Origin: an uncultured bacterium
GTDB taxonomy: Bacteria > Hydrothermota > Tepidihabitantia > SM23-42
Direction of reading: 5' to 3'
Assembly: GCA_964419565.1 (NCBI GenBank)
Contig: CAYQPW010000007.1
Span: forward strand, 31,398 to 95,397
DNA length: 64,000 bases
Positions 1-10,295 of the stretch are shown piece by piece. The notes beneath the pieces were generated by a model. It saw only the letters and a program-made list of their open reading frames with translations, was not told the DNA's origin and did no database searches. Made by a program: the position numbers and the translations under genes. Every line of letters begins with the position of its first letter. The first letter of the stretch is position 1.

Positions 1-690
1 AAGGACCGCTTAACCTTTGATATGAATGAATCTGATACATATGCGCTCGAGGAAGCGATATTACTTAAAGAAAAATTCAGCGGAACCCTCACCGCAGTTT
101 CATTGGGGACAGCTGAAGCTGAAGACACCCTGCGCATCGCACTGGCCAAGGGTGCTGATAATGCGATACGTATAAAAGCTGAGGATTTCGATGAACTGGA
201 TGGGTTCAAGACAGCTCAACTCATCAAAGCAGCAATAAAAGATCTGAAATTCGATGTCATCTTCACGGGCTGTATAGCGACTGACGATTATTTTTCCCAA
301 GTTGGCGTTGCCCTTGCTGAAATGCTCGGTATACCCCATGCCACTTTAGTCACCAAAGTCGATATTCAGGAAAATAAGGCACAGGTTTACCGAGAACTTG
401 AAGGTGGATTATTAGAACATCTTGAAATGACGCTGCCATCACTTTTTACGATCCAGACAGGGATAAATGAACCACGGTATGCTTCGCTGATCGCTATAAG
501 ACGTGCGGCAAAAAAGGAAATCAAGGTCATCGGAGCTTCTGACATCGATCAAACAGGGATTCAAGCGGGCACAGTTCTTGAAGAACTATTTCCGCCTCCA
601 GTAGGCAAACATGCAGAAATTCTATCTGGTAGTACAGACGAAATCGCAGTGAAATTGACCGGTATTATTAAGGACAAAGGTCTTATATAA
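1..690 (+). CDS. etfB: electron transfer flavoprotein beta subunit, 5' end outside window
   Basis: Frame is open from nt 1 (KDRLTFD precedes the Met at 22), so the gene is cut by the window edge. EtfB-like sequence (NESDTYALEEA, LRIALAKGAD, FTGCIATDD), directly upstream of etfA. Confidence 0.85.
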   Translation, partial: KDRLTFDMNESDTYALEEAILLKEKFSGTLTAVSLGTAEAEDTLRIALAKGADNAIRIKAEDFDELDGFKTAQLIKAAIKDLKFDVIFTGCIATDDYFSQVGVALAEMLGIPHATLVTKVDIQENKAQVYRELEGGLLEHLEMTLPSLFTIQTGINEPRYASLIAIRRAAKKEIKVIGASDIDQTGIQAGTVLEELFPPPVGKHAEILSGSTDEIAVKLTGIIKDKGLI

Positions 691-702
691 CGGGGGTGAG
701 AA

Positions 703-1686
703 ATGAGTGAGATTTTTGCGTTGGTCGAACATCGACAGGGGACAATTAGGGATATTACATATGAATTGATGAGTTGTGGTAGAAAACTTGCTGAAAACGC
801 AAGCGCAAAATTAACCGCTGTTATCCTCGGACATAATACTGATAGCATCGTTCAGGCTGTAAAAAGCCAGGCACACCGTCTGCTCGTCGTTGATAGCGAG
901 ATGTTCAAGGATTTCAACTCCGAACTCTATCAGATTACACTGAGCGAGATCATCAAACAACAGAATCCCCGGTTGACCCTGATCGGACATTCTGCTTTTG
1001 GTATGGATCTATGCCCGGCGCTCGCAGTTCAGGTCGGTTTGCCGTTTGCTACTGATTGTCTTGGAGTTGAAATTGTCGAACAGAAAATCAAGGTAACCCG
1101 CCAAATGTACGATGGTAAATTGAATGCCAGGGTACTCTTGCGTGAAAATCCTGGTCACATGATAACCTTGCGCAGCGGTTGTTTTCCCGCCGGAGAAAGC
1201 AGTTTAGAGGGGGTCGTGGAAAACCTGGATATCACGGTATCGTCGCAACCTGATTATAGAAAGTTCATCGAGTACATAGAAGCAGCGATCGGTGATGTTG
1301 ATATCACCAAGTCTGATATTCTGGTCAGCATCGGCCGCGGCGTAAAAGAGCAGGCCAATATCTCAGTTATTGAAGATTTTGCAGCGGCGATAGGCGGTGT
1401 TGTTTCTTGTTCAAGACCAGTTGTTGATGCTGGATGGCTCACCAAGGACCGGCAGGTAGGTTCATCGGGCAAAACGGTAAAACCAAAGTTATATATTGCC
1501 CTGGGTATTTCAGGTGCGTTCCAGCACATTGTCGGTATGAAGAGTGCGGATACGATAATCGCGGTCAATAAGGATCCAAATGCACCGATCTTCAATGAAG
1601 CAGACTACGGTATTGTCGACGACCTGTTCAAAGTCGTACCGGTCTTGAAAAATAAGATCTTAGAGATGAAACAGGCGAAAGGATAA
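703..1686 (+). CDS. etfA: electron transfer flavoprotein alpha subunit
   Basis: 327 aa. C-terminal EtfA FAD-binding signature RPVVDAGW..QVGSSGKTVKPKLYIALGISGAFQHIVGM. GGGGGTGAG ribosome-binding site upstream. Confidence 0.9.
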   Translation: MSEIFALVEHRQGTIRDITYELMSCGRKLAENASAKLTAVILGHNTDSIVQAVKSQAHRLLVVDSEMFKDFNSELYQITLSEIIKQQNPRLTLIGHSAFGMDLCPALAVQVGLPFATDCLGVEIVEQKIKVTRQMYDGKLNARVLLRENPGHMITLRSGCFPAGESSLEGVVENLDITVSSQPDYRKFIEYIEAAIGDVDITKSDILVSIGRGVKEQANISVIEDFAAAIGGVVSCSRPVVDAGWLTKDRQVGSSGKTVKPKLYIALGISGAFQHIVGMKSADTIIAVNKDPNAPIFNEADYGIVDDLFKVVPVLKNKILEMKQAKG

Positions 1687-2871
1687 ATGTTGATGAAGAA
1701 TTTTATAACGCTGAATCCGGAAGTGCGTGATGCGATCATCGAGTCGGGCGGCGATGATGTGATAAAGTGCTATCAATGCGGTCGCTGTATGGCGGCATGT
1801 CCATGGAATCTTCTCGATGGCTTGGATTACACTACTTATCGGTTCTGTCAGCGGATCAAGCTCGGTGCGATAATCGACAGTGAAGAAAAAGAAGAGATCG
1901 CTGCTGATACTATCGATGTGTTTAGATGCGTTGGCTGCGATTCGTGCAAAGCTGAATGTCCACGCGGCGTTAGTCTTTCTGATGTATTGCGTGCGGTTCG
2001 GAGAATACTCGTTGATTTTGACTCTTATCCCAGCGAACTTAAGAGTGTTGTTGCTCGCCTCTATAACTCGGGGAATCCGCTCGGTGAGCCAGCTGAGAAA
2101 AGAGCTGATTGGGCAGCTGGTCTGGACACACCACAATACACGGAAAAGCTTGATTATCTCTATTTCCCTTGTTGCCTGCCGGCATATGACGCGCGTGCAA
2201 GAAAAGTTGCTCAGGCTACGGCGAAGATATTAAAGCGTGGTGGGATCTCATTTGGCATTCATGGTAAGGATGAATTCTGCTGCGGCGAGGCAGTCCGGCG
2301 AGTCGGTGCAGAAAAAGTCTTTCAGACTGCGGTCAAGCAAAACACCGAGTTGTTCAAGGCATCTAATGTTAAAAAGGTGATAGTAACATCACCGCACTGC
2401 CTGGTTACTTTTACCAAGGAATATCCAGCATACTACGATAAATTCGAAACCCAGCATGCAGTACAGCTTTTCGACCAGATGATCACAGAGAAGAAAATCT
2501 CTCCAAAGCGACCTTTTGAAAAAACAGTCGTTTACCATGATCCCTGTACACTCGGTCGGCAGATGGGTATTTATGAAGAACCAAGGAGAATCTTGAATAG
2601 CATCCCGGGTTTGAAACTTATTGAGATCCCTGTTTTTAATAGGGATTTCAGTGTCTGCTGTGGCGGCGGTGCAATGGGCTTATGGCGAGATTGGCCTCAA
2701 GATGAAAGGCTTGCTAATTTGAGAGCTGATCAGATCCTGGCTACCAATGCTGATGTCCTTTGTGTCGCTTGTCCATACTGCCTCCAGATGTTCGAAGAGA
2801 CACTGAAATCCATGAATGCCAGCATCGAGGTCATGGATATTTCCGAGATCCTTGAAAGTGCGTTAGAGTAA
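1687..2871 (+). CDS. soluble Fe-S oxidoreductase with two CCG domains (HdrD / GlcF / LutA-like)
   Basis: Two ferredoxin motifs (CYQCGRCMAACP, CVGCDSCKAECP) followed by two cysteine-rich CCG-type segments (FCCGEA..SPHC; VCCGGG..CPYC). No obvious transmembrane stretch. Start abuts the etfA stop. Confidence 0.8.
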   Translation: MLMKNFITLNPEVRDAIIESGGDDVIKCYQCGRCMAACPWNLLDGLDYTTYRFCQRIKLGAIIDSEEKEEIAADTIDVFRCVGCDSCKAECPRGVSLSDVLRAVRRILVDFDSYPSELKSVVARLYNSGNPLGEPAEKRADWAAGLDTPQYTEKLDYLYFPCCLPAYDARARKVAQATAKILKRGGISFGIHGKDEFCCGEAVRRVGAEKVFQTAVKQNTELFKASNVKKVIVTSPHCLVTFTKEYPAYYDKFETQHAVQLFDQMITEKKISPKRPFEKTVVYHDPCTLGRQMGIYEEPRRILNSIPGLKLIEIPVFNRDFSVCCGGGAMGLWRDWPQDERLANLRADQILATNADVLCVACPYCLQMFEETLKSMNASIEVMDISEILESALE

Positions 2872-2882
2872 GGGACCGTGCC

Positions 2883-4373
2883 ATGGAATTAAAAAATATT
2901 ATTGAGCATATCCCTGATGAGAACAAATTAAAGATACGCGCGCGACCATATTTCAACCATTCGGTCGAGATGAAAAAAATATTCTCACCAATGGAGCGCG
3001 CCAAAGTCCTGGAAAGTGTCGGTCTGAATGTATTTTATTTCCCATCGGAGATGATAAGCGGTTGTGATCTATTGAGTGATTCTGGTGTATCGACGATGAC
3101 GAGTGAACAATGGGCGGCTCTTCATACTGGAGATGAAGCGTATGGTTCAAATCGCGGTTTTTACTTGTTAATGGATCAGATAAAAGAGACTTTCGGCAAA
3201 GATTTCTTTAATGATCCCACTACCGGCCGACCAAATGCATTTATTTTTCATCAAGGCAGATCATGTGAAGATGCTTTATTCACGATACTCGGCAAACAGG
3301 GTGATGATCTAATCATCCCGAGCAATGGCCATTTTGATACGACTGGTGCCAATATCAAGGCAAATAAGATCAAAGCATTGAATTTCTTCTGCCCAGAGCT
3401 TAAGGATAAAAACTCAACTTCACATTTTAAAGGGGATATGGATATCCCAAGACTAAATGAGCTGTTCAGCGAATCCCATGATCGTATCCCGGTAGTCTAT
3501 ATTACCATCACCAACAATACTGCGGCTGGTCAACCGGTCTCAATGGAAAATATAAGAGGTGTGGCTGAGCTGTGCCGGAAATATAAGACTCCTCTGTTCT
3601 TTGATGCTTGCCGGTTTGCTGAAAATGCCTGGTTCATTAAGCAGTACGAGTCGGGTTATGATCATAAGTCAATTAAAGAGATCGTGCTCGAGATGTTTTC
3701 TCACGCCGATGGCTTTACGATAAGTTTTAAAAAGGACGGGCTCGTTAATATGGGGGGTGGTTTATTCTTAAGAGATGAGGGGCTGTTTATCAATAAATAT
3801 CCAGAGATCCCAGATGCCTTGCTCAATTATCAACTCATCAAGGAAGGACATCCTACATACGGTGGTCTTTCGGGTCGCGATATCATGGCATTGAATATCG
3901 GTTTAAAGATAATAACCAAAGAGGAGTATCTTACCTATCGGATTGAACAGGTGAGTGAGTTTGGCAAGGCCATGGATAGATTAGGGATTCCAGTACTGTT
4001 GCCTACAGGCGGTCATGCAGTGTATCTTGATGTCAACCGTTTCTTTGCCGGGACATCTATTAAACCAGAGGATTTTGGCGGTGTGGCGTTGACTGCCGTG
4101 CTTTTGGCAGCTTATGGCCACAGGGCTTGTGAACTCGGTCATTTTGCCTTTGGATCATATGATCAAAGTACGCAAAAAGAAATAGCTCCTGAAGTCAACT
4201 TTGTCAGGTTCGCAATCCCTCGTTTAAGGTACGAAAAGACCGACCTTGATGCGGTTGCTCAGGCAGTGCATGCATTACAACAATATCGTGACCATATCCC
4301 GGGTGTCGAGGTCACCTCAGGCAGAGCACTATCTTTGCGCCATTTCAAGGCGAGGTTTAGATTTAAAGGATAG
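2883..4373 (+). CDS. beta-eliminating lyase (tryptophanase / tyrosine phenol-lyase family)
   Basis: 496 aa. PLP-lysine context ISFKKDGLVNMGGG resembles the SAKKD..GG motif of tryptophanase; FDACRFAENA segment also typical. Confidence 0.75.
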   Translation: MELKNIIEHIPDENKLKIRARPYFNHSVEMKKIFSPMERAKVLESVGLNVFYFPSEMISGCDLLSDSGVSTMTSEQWAALHTGDEAYGSNRGFYLLMDQIKETFGKDFFNDPTTGRPNAFIFHQGRSCEDALFTILGKQGDDLIIPSNGHFDTTGANIKANKIKALNFFCPELKDKNSTSHFKGDMDIPRLNELFSESHDRIPVVYITITNNTAAGQPVSMENIRGVAELCRKYKTPLFFDACRFAENAWFIKQYESGYDHKSIKEIVLEMFSHADGFTISFKKDGLVNMGGGLFLRDEGLFINKYPEIPDALLNYQLIKEGHPTYGGLSGRDIMALNIGLKIITKEEYLTYRIEQVSEFGKAMDRLGIPVLLPTGGHAVYLDVNRFFAGTSIKPEDFGGVALTAVLLAAYGHRACELGHFAFGSYDQSTQKEIAPEVNFVRFAIPRLRYEKTDLDAVAQAVHALQQYRDHIPGVEVTSGRALSLRHFKARFRFKG

Positions 4374-4382
4374 CATGTATTT

Positions 4383-6056
4383 ATGAGCAGTAAAGATTTC
4401 ATACGCGCGGTCATTGATGAGGATTTGAAAACAGGTAAGCATAAGTCTGTAAAGACCCGTTTTCCGCCCGAGCCCAATGGATGGATCCACATAGGAAACG
4501 CAAAGGCAGTATCGATAAATTTCGGTATTGCCCGAGATTATAAAGGCCTTTGCAATCTGCGTTTTGATGATTCAAATCCAGTAAAGGAAAAACAGGAATA
4601 CATCGATGCGATCAAGCAAGACATCCGCTGGTTGGGATACGATTGGGGAGACCGTGAGTATTATGCCTCTGATTATTTTGAGCAGCTTTATGATTGGGCT
4701 CTGCAGTTAATCAAAAAAGGCAAAGCCTATGTCGATGACTTGAGTGCTGATAAGATAAGGGAATACCGGGGCACGCTGACTGAACCTGGTAAAAAGAGCC
4801 CTTTTCGAGATCGAAGCATCGAGGAGAACCTCGATCTGTTTTCACGCATGCGCGCAGGTGAATTCCCAGATGGTTCCAGGGTGTTGCGAGCAAAGATCGA
4901 CATGGCCGCGGCCAATATGAATATGCGTGACCCGGTCATGTATCGTATCTTACATAAACCACATCACAGGCAGGGCGATAAGTGGTGCATCTATCCAACT
5001 TATGACTGGACGCATGGGCAATCTGATTCGATCGAAAAGATCACGCATTCATTGTGTTCTTTGGAATTTGAAGATCACCGCCCGCTCTATAACTGGTTTC
5101 TCGAACAACTCGGCATCTATCATCCAGAGCAAATAGAATTTGCACGGCTCAACTTGACTTACACAGTGATGAGTAAGCGCTTGCTTATAAAGCTGGTCGA
5201 GGCAGGTCATGTGGCGGGCTGGGATGACCCGAGGATGCCGACCTTATCAGGATTACGCCGGCGCGGGTACACGCCCGGGTCGGTACGTGACTTTCTGGAT
5301 CGTATCGGCGTAGCCAAGACCGACAGCATTATTGATATCGCGTTGCTCGAGCATTGTGTGCGTGAAGATCTGAACAGGCATGCATTGCGGGTCATGGCGG
5401 TTCTTAAGCCTTTGGAAGTGGTCATTGATAATTATCCTGAGGATAAAACAGAGGAGCTGGAAGCAATAAACAATCCAGAAGATATGAGTATGGGAACCAG
5501 GAAAGTGCCTTTTTCACGTATGCTGTACATTGAACAGGATGATTTTCGTGAGGACCCTCCAAAAAAGTTCTTCCGTCTTGCTCCAGGTCGAGAAGTGCGG
5601 TTGCGTTATGCATATTTTATAAGATGCAATAAGGTTATAAAGGATAAAACAGGCAAGGTAACAAGATTACACTGCACATATGATCCAGAAACACGGGGCG
5701 GGGATGCACCGGATGGCCGGAAAGTAAAGGCGACACTCCATTGGGTTTCAGCCGCGCGCGCTATAAAGGCGGAGGTACGGCTCTATGATCGACTTTTCGG
5801 AAAACCAGATCCCGGTGATGTTGAAAAAGGGCAAGATTTCACAGCGAATATAAATCCCCATTCTCTGGAAACGCGCACCGGTTGTTTTGTTGAACCCACT
5901 TTACAAGATGCGAATCCGGGTGATAGATTTCAATTCGAGCGCCTGGGATATTTTTGCGTCGATGCTGATTCATCAAAAAATTCACTTGTTTTCAACCGGA
6001 CGATTACATTGCGCGATACCTGGGCGAAAATAGAAAGGTCGCTCAAGATAAAATGA
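4383..6056 (+). CDS. glnS: glutaminyl-tRNA synthetase
   Basis: [17 protein letters not shown] (HIGH region as in GlnRS) and VMSKR (KMSKS) motifs. 557 aa with a GlnRS-type C-terminal anticodon-binding region. Confidence 0.9.
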   Translation: MSSKDFIRAVIDEDLKTGKHKSVKTRFPPEPNGWIHIGNAKAVSINFGIARDYKGLCNLRFDDSNPVKEKQEYIDAIKQDIRWLGYDWGDREYYASDYFEQLYDWALQLIKKGKAYVDDLSADKIREYRGTLTEPGKKSPFRDRSIEENLDLFSRMRAGEFPDGSRVLRAKIDMAAANMNMRDPVMYRILHKPHHRQGDKWCIYPTYDWTHGQSDSIEKITHSLCSLEFEDHRPLYNWFLEQLGIYHPEQIEFARLNLTYTVMSKRLLIKLVEAGHVAGWDDPRMPTLSGLRRRGYTPGSVRDFLDRIGVAKTDSIIDIALLEHCVREDLNRHALRVMAVLKPLEVVIDNYPEDKTEELEAINNPEDMSMGTRKVPFSRMLYIEQDDFREDPPKKFFRLAPGREVRLRYAYFIRCNKVIKDKTGKVTRLHCTYDPETRGGDAPDGRKVKATLHWVSAARAIKAEVRLYDRLFGKPDPGDVEKGQDFTANINPHSLETRTGCFVEPTLQDANPGDRFQFERLGYFCVDADSSKNSLVFNRTITLRDTWAKIERSLKIK

Positions 6057-7003
6057 CTCTTATGTTCTCGATAAATAGATTGATGGAAGGCGACAAGCGT
6101 ACTATCGCCCAGGTCATTAGCATTATTGAGAATGACACGTCGACGGAAATACTTAAAAAGATCTTTCCCCGTACCGGCAATGCCTATCATGTTGGCATAA
6201 CCGGACCGCCCGGCGCTGGCAAGTCGACACTTGTCAATGCTATTGCAAAGAGGCTGCTTTCTAAAAAGAAAAAGATCGGGATAATTGCGGTTGATCCTAC
6301 ATCACCTTTTTCCGGCGGTGCCTTATTGGGTGATCGTATTCGGATGAACGACCTGTCCTTGAATCAAAATGTTTTTATTAGAAGTATGGCCTCCCGTGGC
6401 AGTCTTGGAGGATTAGCAAGGAAAACAAAGGATGCTGCTTTGGTAATGGATGCGGCTGGTATGGACTATATTCTTATTGAGACAATAGGTGTCGGCCAGG
6501 TCGAGCTGGATATAGCAGAGGTATGTGATACTACGGTCGTGGTTCTCGTTCCCGAATCAGGCGACAGTATTCAGGCGATGAAAGCAGGCTTACTGGAAAT
6601 CGCCGACATCATCGCTGTTAACAAAGGGGATCGCGAGGGGTGTGACCGTCTGCTTATGGAGTTGAAATTTGCGTTTGAATTACGCGAACAAAGAACAGGC
6701 TGGCATTTTCCAATTCTCAAGACGACCGCGATCAAGGAAACAGGAGTCGATGCGCTTGTCAATGCGCTACAAAAACATGAGGTCTATTTGCGTAAGAGCG
6801 GCCGACTTGAACAAGAGAGGAAAGCCAAAATACTGGTGCGTATCAATGAATTGATCAAGGACAGGATAGAATTGCATTTGAAAGAAAGGATCGTGAAAGA
6901 TAAGGAGCTCATAAATACCATAGATAAAATATACCGGCGAAAAACGAATCCGTACAGCATCGCTGATACGATAACCAGGAAAATATTAAAAGCTAAAAAG
7001 TAG
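6053..7003 (+). CDS. meaB: MeaB/ArgK-type G-protein chaperone for B12 mutases
   Basis: P-loop [16 protein letters not shown] and NKGD motifs. ATGA overlap with glnS stop. Directly upstream of a B12 mutase large subunit. Confidence 0.85.
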   Translation: MTLMFSINRLMEGDKRTIAQVISIIENDTSTEILKKIFPRTGNAYHVGITGPPGAGKSTLVNAIAKRLLSKKKKIGIIAVDPTSPFSGGALLGDRIRMNDLSLNQNVFIRSMASRGSLGGLARKTKDAALVMDAAGMDYILIETIGVGQVELDIAEVCDTTVVVLVPESGDSIQAMKAGLLEIADIIAVNKGDREGCDRLLMELKFAFELREQRTGWHFPILKTTAIKETGVDALVNALQKHEVYLRKSGRLEQERKAKILVRINELIKDRIELHLKERIVKDKELINTIDKIYRRKTNPYSIADTITRKILKAKK

Positions 7004-7012
7004 CGAGGGTAT

Positions 7013-8644
7013 ATGATGAAGGATGATTGGGATAAAAAACTAAAAACCTGTAAAGAGCGTGATGCAAAATTCACAACGGTATCTGGACAAGCCATAAAAC
7101 CGCTCTATACGCCGGACGATATTGAGGGTTTTGATTATGATAGAGATCTCGGTTACCCGGGTGAATTCCCTTATGTACGGGGTGTCTATACAAATATGTA
7201 TCGTGGACGGCTCTGGACCATGCGTCAATTTTCAGGTTTTGGTACGCCTAAAGATACGAACAAACGATACAAATATCTTCTAAATCACGGCCAGACCGGT
7301 CTTTCAGTGGCCTTTGATTTTCCCACCCTGTACGGACGCGATTCTGATGATCCTTTTGCTCGCGGCGAAGTCGGTAAGTGCGGTGTTGCGATCGATACGC
7401 TGAGGGATATGGAGATATTATTCAAAGGCATACCGCTCGAACGCATCTCGACATCGATGACGATCAATCCTCCTGCTGCAATGCTTCTGGCGATGTATAT
7501 TGTTGTTGGTGAAAAACAAGGTGTACCTATGAATGTATTGACCGGAACGATCCAAAACGACATGCTGAAAGAATATCAAGCTCAAAAAACATGGATATAT
7601 CCACCCGAGCCATCGATGCGGATAATCACCGACATAATGGCATACTGTGCTGAACACGTTCCCAAATGGAATACTATATCTATATCCGGTTATCACATAA
7701 GAGAAGCTGGCTCCACGGCACTTCAGGAGCTCGCCTTCACTTTGAAAAACGGATTTACTTATGTCGAATACGGTATGAAAGCCGGTTTATCGGTCGATCA
7801 GTTCGCCCCCAGACTTTCGTTTTTCTTTAACTCGCACCTTGATTTCTTTGAAGAAATCGCAAAATACCGTGCCGCCCGAAGGATCTGGGCACGGCTCATG
7901 CAGGATAAATATAATGCCCAGAATCCGCGGTCTTATCTAATGCGGTTTCACACGCAAACAGCGGGTTGCACTTTGACCGCTCAGCAGCCTGATAACAACA
8001 TAATACGCACCGCATTCCAGGCGCTCGCCGCCGTGCTTGGAGGAACCCAGTCACTACATACAAACTCAATGGATGAAACCTATGCCTTGCCTACTGAAAA
8101 CGCAGTGAAGATCGCTTTGCGCACCCAGCAGCTGATCGCCTATGAAACCGGTGTTGTCAATGCGATCGATCCACTGGGAGGTTCCTATTATGTCGAGACA
8201 TTGACTAATGAACTCGAAGAAGGAGCTTATAAATATTTCAAGAAGATCGATAAACTCGGTGGTGTGGTCAATGCGATTGATAAGGGATTTTTCCAGCGCG
8301 AGATATCGAGAAGCGCTTATCAATATCAAAAGAGTCTGGAGCACAGAACAAAATACCATGTCGGAGTAAATATTTTTGAAGAAAAAAGCAAAGCAGACAT
8401 TGAAATACTAAAAATCCCGAAACAAGTTGAACGTGATCAGGTAAGGGCACTCAAAAACATAAAACGGGAGCGTAATAGTAGAAAGGTCAAGGAATACCTC
8501 AAAGCATTACGCAGCGCTGCTTCAAGTGGCGCTAATCTGATGCCGAGGATACTCGATTGCGTGCGCGCTTATGCGACACTCGGTGAGATGTGTAATACCT
8601 TGAAAGAGGAGTTTGGCGAGTACCATGAACCGATTATTTTCTAA
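7013..8644 (+). CDS. icmA: acyl-CoA mutase large (substrate-binding) subunit with isobutyryl-CoA-mutase-type specificity residues
   Basis: Full-length similarity to the methylmalonyl-CoA mutase TIM-barrel domain. TMRQFSGFG has Phe73 where MCM has Tyr89; [14 protein letters not shown] has Gln191 where MCM has Arg207. Confidence 0.75.
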   Translation: MMKDDWDKKLKTCKERDAKFTTVSGQAIKPLYTPDDIEGFDYDRDLGYPGEFPYVRGVYTNMYRGRLWTMRQFSGFGTPKDTNKRYKYLLNHGQTGLSVAFDFPTLYGRDSDDPFARGEVGKCGVAIDTLRDMEILFKGIPLERISTSMTINPPAAMLLAMYIVVGEKQGVPMNVLTGTIQNDMLKEYQAQKTWIYPPEPSMRIITDIMAYCAEHVPKWNTISISGYHIREAGSTALQELAFTLKNGFTYVEYGMKAGLSVDQFAPRLSFFFNSHLDFFEEIAKYRAARRIWARLMQDKYNAQNPRSYLMRFHTQTAGCTLTAQQPDNNIIRTAFQALAAVLGGTQSLHTNSMDETYALPTENAVKIALRTQQLIAYETGVVNAIDPLGGSYYVETLTNELEEGAYKYFKKIDKLGGVVNAIDKGFFQREISRSAYQYQKSLEHRTKYHVGVNIFEEKSKADIEILKIPKQVERDQVRALKNIKRERNSRKVKEYLKALRSAASSGANLMPRILDCVRAYATLGEMCNTLKEEFGEYHEPIIF

Positions 8645-8753
8645 AAGATGGAAGAGGGGTTTGGGTTTGGATGCTGGAGTGAAGATAGAGGATAGATCAG
8701 TATATATAAACTGGTTATTTAGTATCCAAACCATAACCAAATAACCATTTTGT
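8645..8753. repeat. intercistronic imperfect hairpin element, family 1, copy A
   Basis: Starts right after the stop codon with AAGATGG..GGGGTTTGGGTTTGGATGCTGGA. 3' arm is TATCCAAACCATAACCAAATAACCATTTTG, just before the ribosome-binding site of the next gene. Confidence 0.7.
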
Positions 8754-8767
8754 TAGCAGGGGGTTTT

Positions 8768-9256
8768 ATGACAAGAAAAATTAGGGTTCTCGTTGGCAAA
8801 CCCGGTCTTGATGGACATGACCGGGGTGCAAAAGTCGTGGCCGCTGCCTTGCGCGATGCCGGTATGGAGGTTATCTATACTGGATTGCACCAGACCTGCG
8901 AGAGCATTGTGGAGGCTGCAATACAGGAGGATGTCCATATTATCGGGCTCTCCATACTGTCGGGTGCACATATGACAATATTCACCAAGGTGCTGGCTTT
9001 ACTGGGTAAGAAACGAGCAAAGGACATTATCGTCATCGGTGGGGGGATTATACCTCAGGAGGATATGAAAAAGCTGGAAAAGAAAGGCGTGAAGAAACTA
9101 TTCGGTCCGGGCACGCCGACAACCGAGATCGTGGATTGGATCAGAACCAGGGTAAAGAGCAGCCAGCCCAGAAAGACAAAGCCGCGTACGTCTAAAAAGA
9201 AGAGCACTGCTAAGAAAAGCAAGAAGCCAAGAACAAAGGCAAAAGGCAGGAAATAG
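8768..9256 (+). CDS. icmB: B12-binding small subunit of acyl-CoA mutase, with lysine-rich C-terminal tail
   Basis: [15 protein letters not shown] contains the DxHxxG cobalamin-binding motif; SILSG and GGGIIP motifs present. ATG at 8768 is preferred over the TTG at 8750 because AGGGGG lies 6 nt upstream. Confidence 0.85.
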   Translation: MTRKIRVLVGKPGLDGHDRGAKVVAAALRDAGMEVIYTGLHQTCESIVEAAIQEDVHIIGLSILSGAHMTIFTKVLALLGKKRAKDIIVIGGGIIPQEDMKKLEKKGVKKLFGPGTPTTEIVDWIRTRVKSSQPRKTKPRTSKKKSTAKKSKKPRTKAKGRK

Positions 9257-9314
9257 GAAGTTGGGAAGATCTGATGGTGGAAAAAGAAGAAAGAGACGCT
9301 AATCAGGGTTTTCT

Positions 9315-10172
9315 ATGAATTCAAAACCTGTAAAACTCGGAAAGTTTGAGCTTACAATAGTATCAGACGGTAGATTTTGGCTTGACGGCGGTGCGATGTT
9401 CGGAGTCGTGCCCAAAGTAATATGGAATAGAATGAGTCCTTCTGATGATCTTAACAGGATCGAGCTGGGTTTGAACTGTCTTATGATAAGACGTAAGGAT
9501 AATCTGATCCTTGTCGATACAGGTATCGGTGATAAGCTTAAAGATAGGTTTAGAGATATTTACCGGGTGCAAAGAGAATCTGGCATTATCCAGGTTTTAC
9601 GCGAGCGCGGCATTAAACCTGAGCATATCGATTACGTAATAAATACACACTTGCATTTTGACCACTGCGGTGGCAATACTCACAAACATAATGGCACGGC
9701 AGTACCGATGTTTCCTAATGCCCGATATGTTATTCAAAAACAGGAATGGTATGATGCAACACATCCAAATGAACGGACGAAAGCAAGTTATCTAAAAGAA
9801 AATTTCCTTCCTCTTGAGGAAAAAAATCAGCTTTTACTCGTTGACGGAGACCAGGAGATCATCGAGGGGGTCAAGGTAGTCGTTACCAATGGTCATACCA
9901 GGGGTCACCAGTCAGTTTTGATCGAATCACAAGGTGAAAAAGCGATATATCTCGGTGATTTTATCCCGACCACATCGCACCTAAAAATACCTTATATTAT
10001 GAGTTATGATCTATATCCACTTGAGCTAATCGAGAGAAAAAAGATTATTTTGCAGACCGCAGTCGATGAACATTGGTTGTTGATCTTTGAACACGATCCT
10101 GATACTCCATTTGCTTATATAATCGAAGAAAACGGAAAAGCTGTTTTACAGCCGTTGCACAATGAGATATAA
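9315..10172 (+). CDS. metallo-beta-lactamase-fold hydrolase
   Basis: HLHFDHCGG (HxHxDH) zinc-binding motif plus a later GH..GH segment; 285 aa. Confidence 0.75.
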   Translation: MNSKPVKLGKFELTIVSDGRFWLDGGAMFGVVPKVIWNRMSPSDDLNRIELGLNCLMIRRKDNLILVDTGIGDKLKDRFRDIYRVQRESGIIQVLRERGIKPEHIDYVINTHLHFDHCGGNTHKHNGTAVPMFPNARYVIQKQEWYDATHPNERTKASYLKENFLPLEEKNQLLLVDGDQEIIEGVKVVVTNGHTRGHQSVLIESQGEKAIYLGDFIPTTSHLKIPYIMSYDLYPLELIERKKIILQTAVDEHWLLIFEHDPDTPFAYIIEENGKAVLQPLHNEI

Positions 10173-10295
10173 GAATTTGTCGGATAAATCAGACCACTGC
10201 CATATGATTGATGGTCGTAAATGTGCGATTTATCGCACGCAGGGTTTGTAATAATTGACTATTTTAAATTTGACGTGTAATATGGGGGAAACGCA

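Noticed and set aside
10255-10283. Promoter TTGACT-17 nt-TAATAT upstream of the carboxyltransferase gene
   Set aside because: The hexamers are good, but the -10 box ends only 12 nt before the ATG. A transcript from here would lose the GGGGGAA ribosome-binding site without being truly leaderless. I left it uncalled; TSS mapping would decide.
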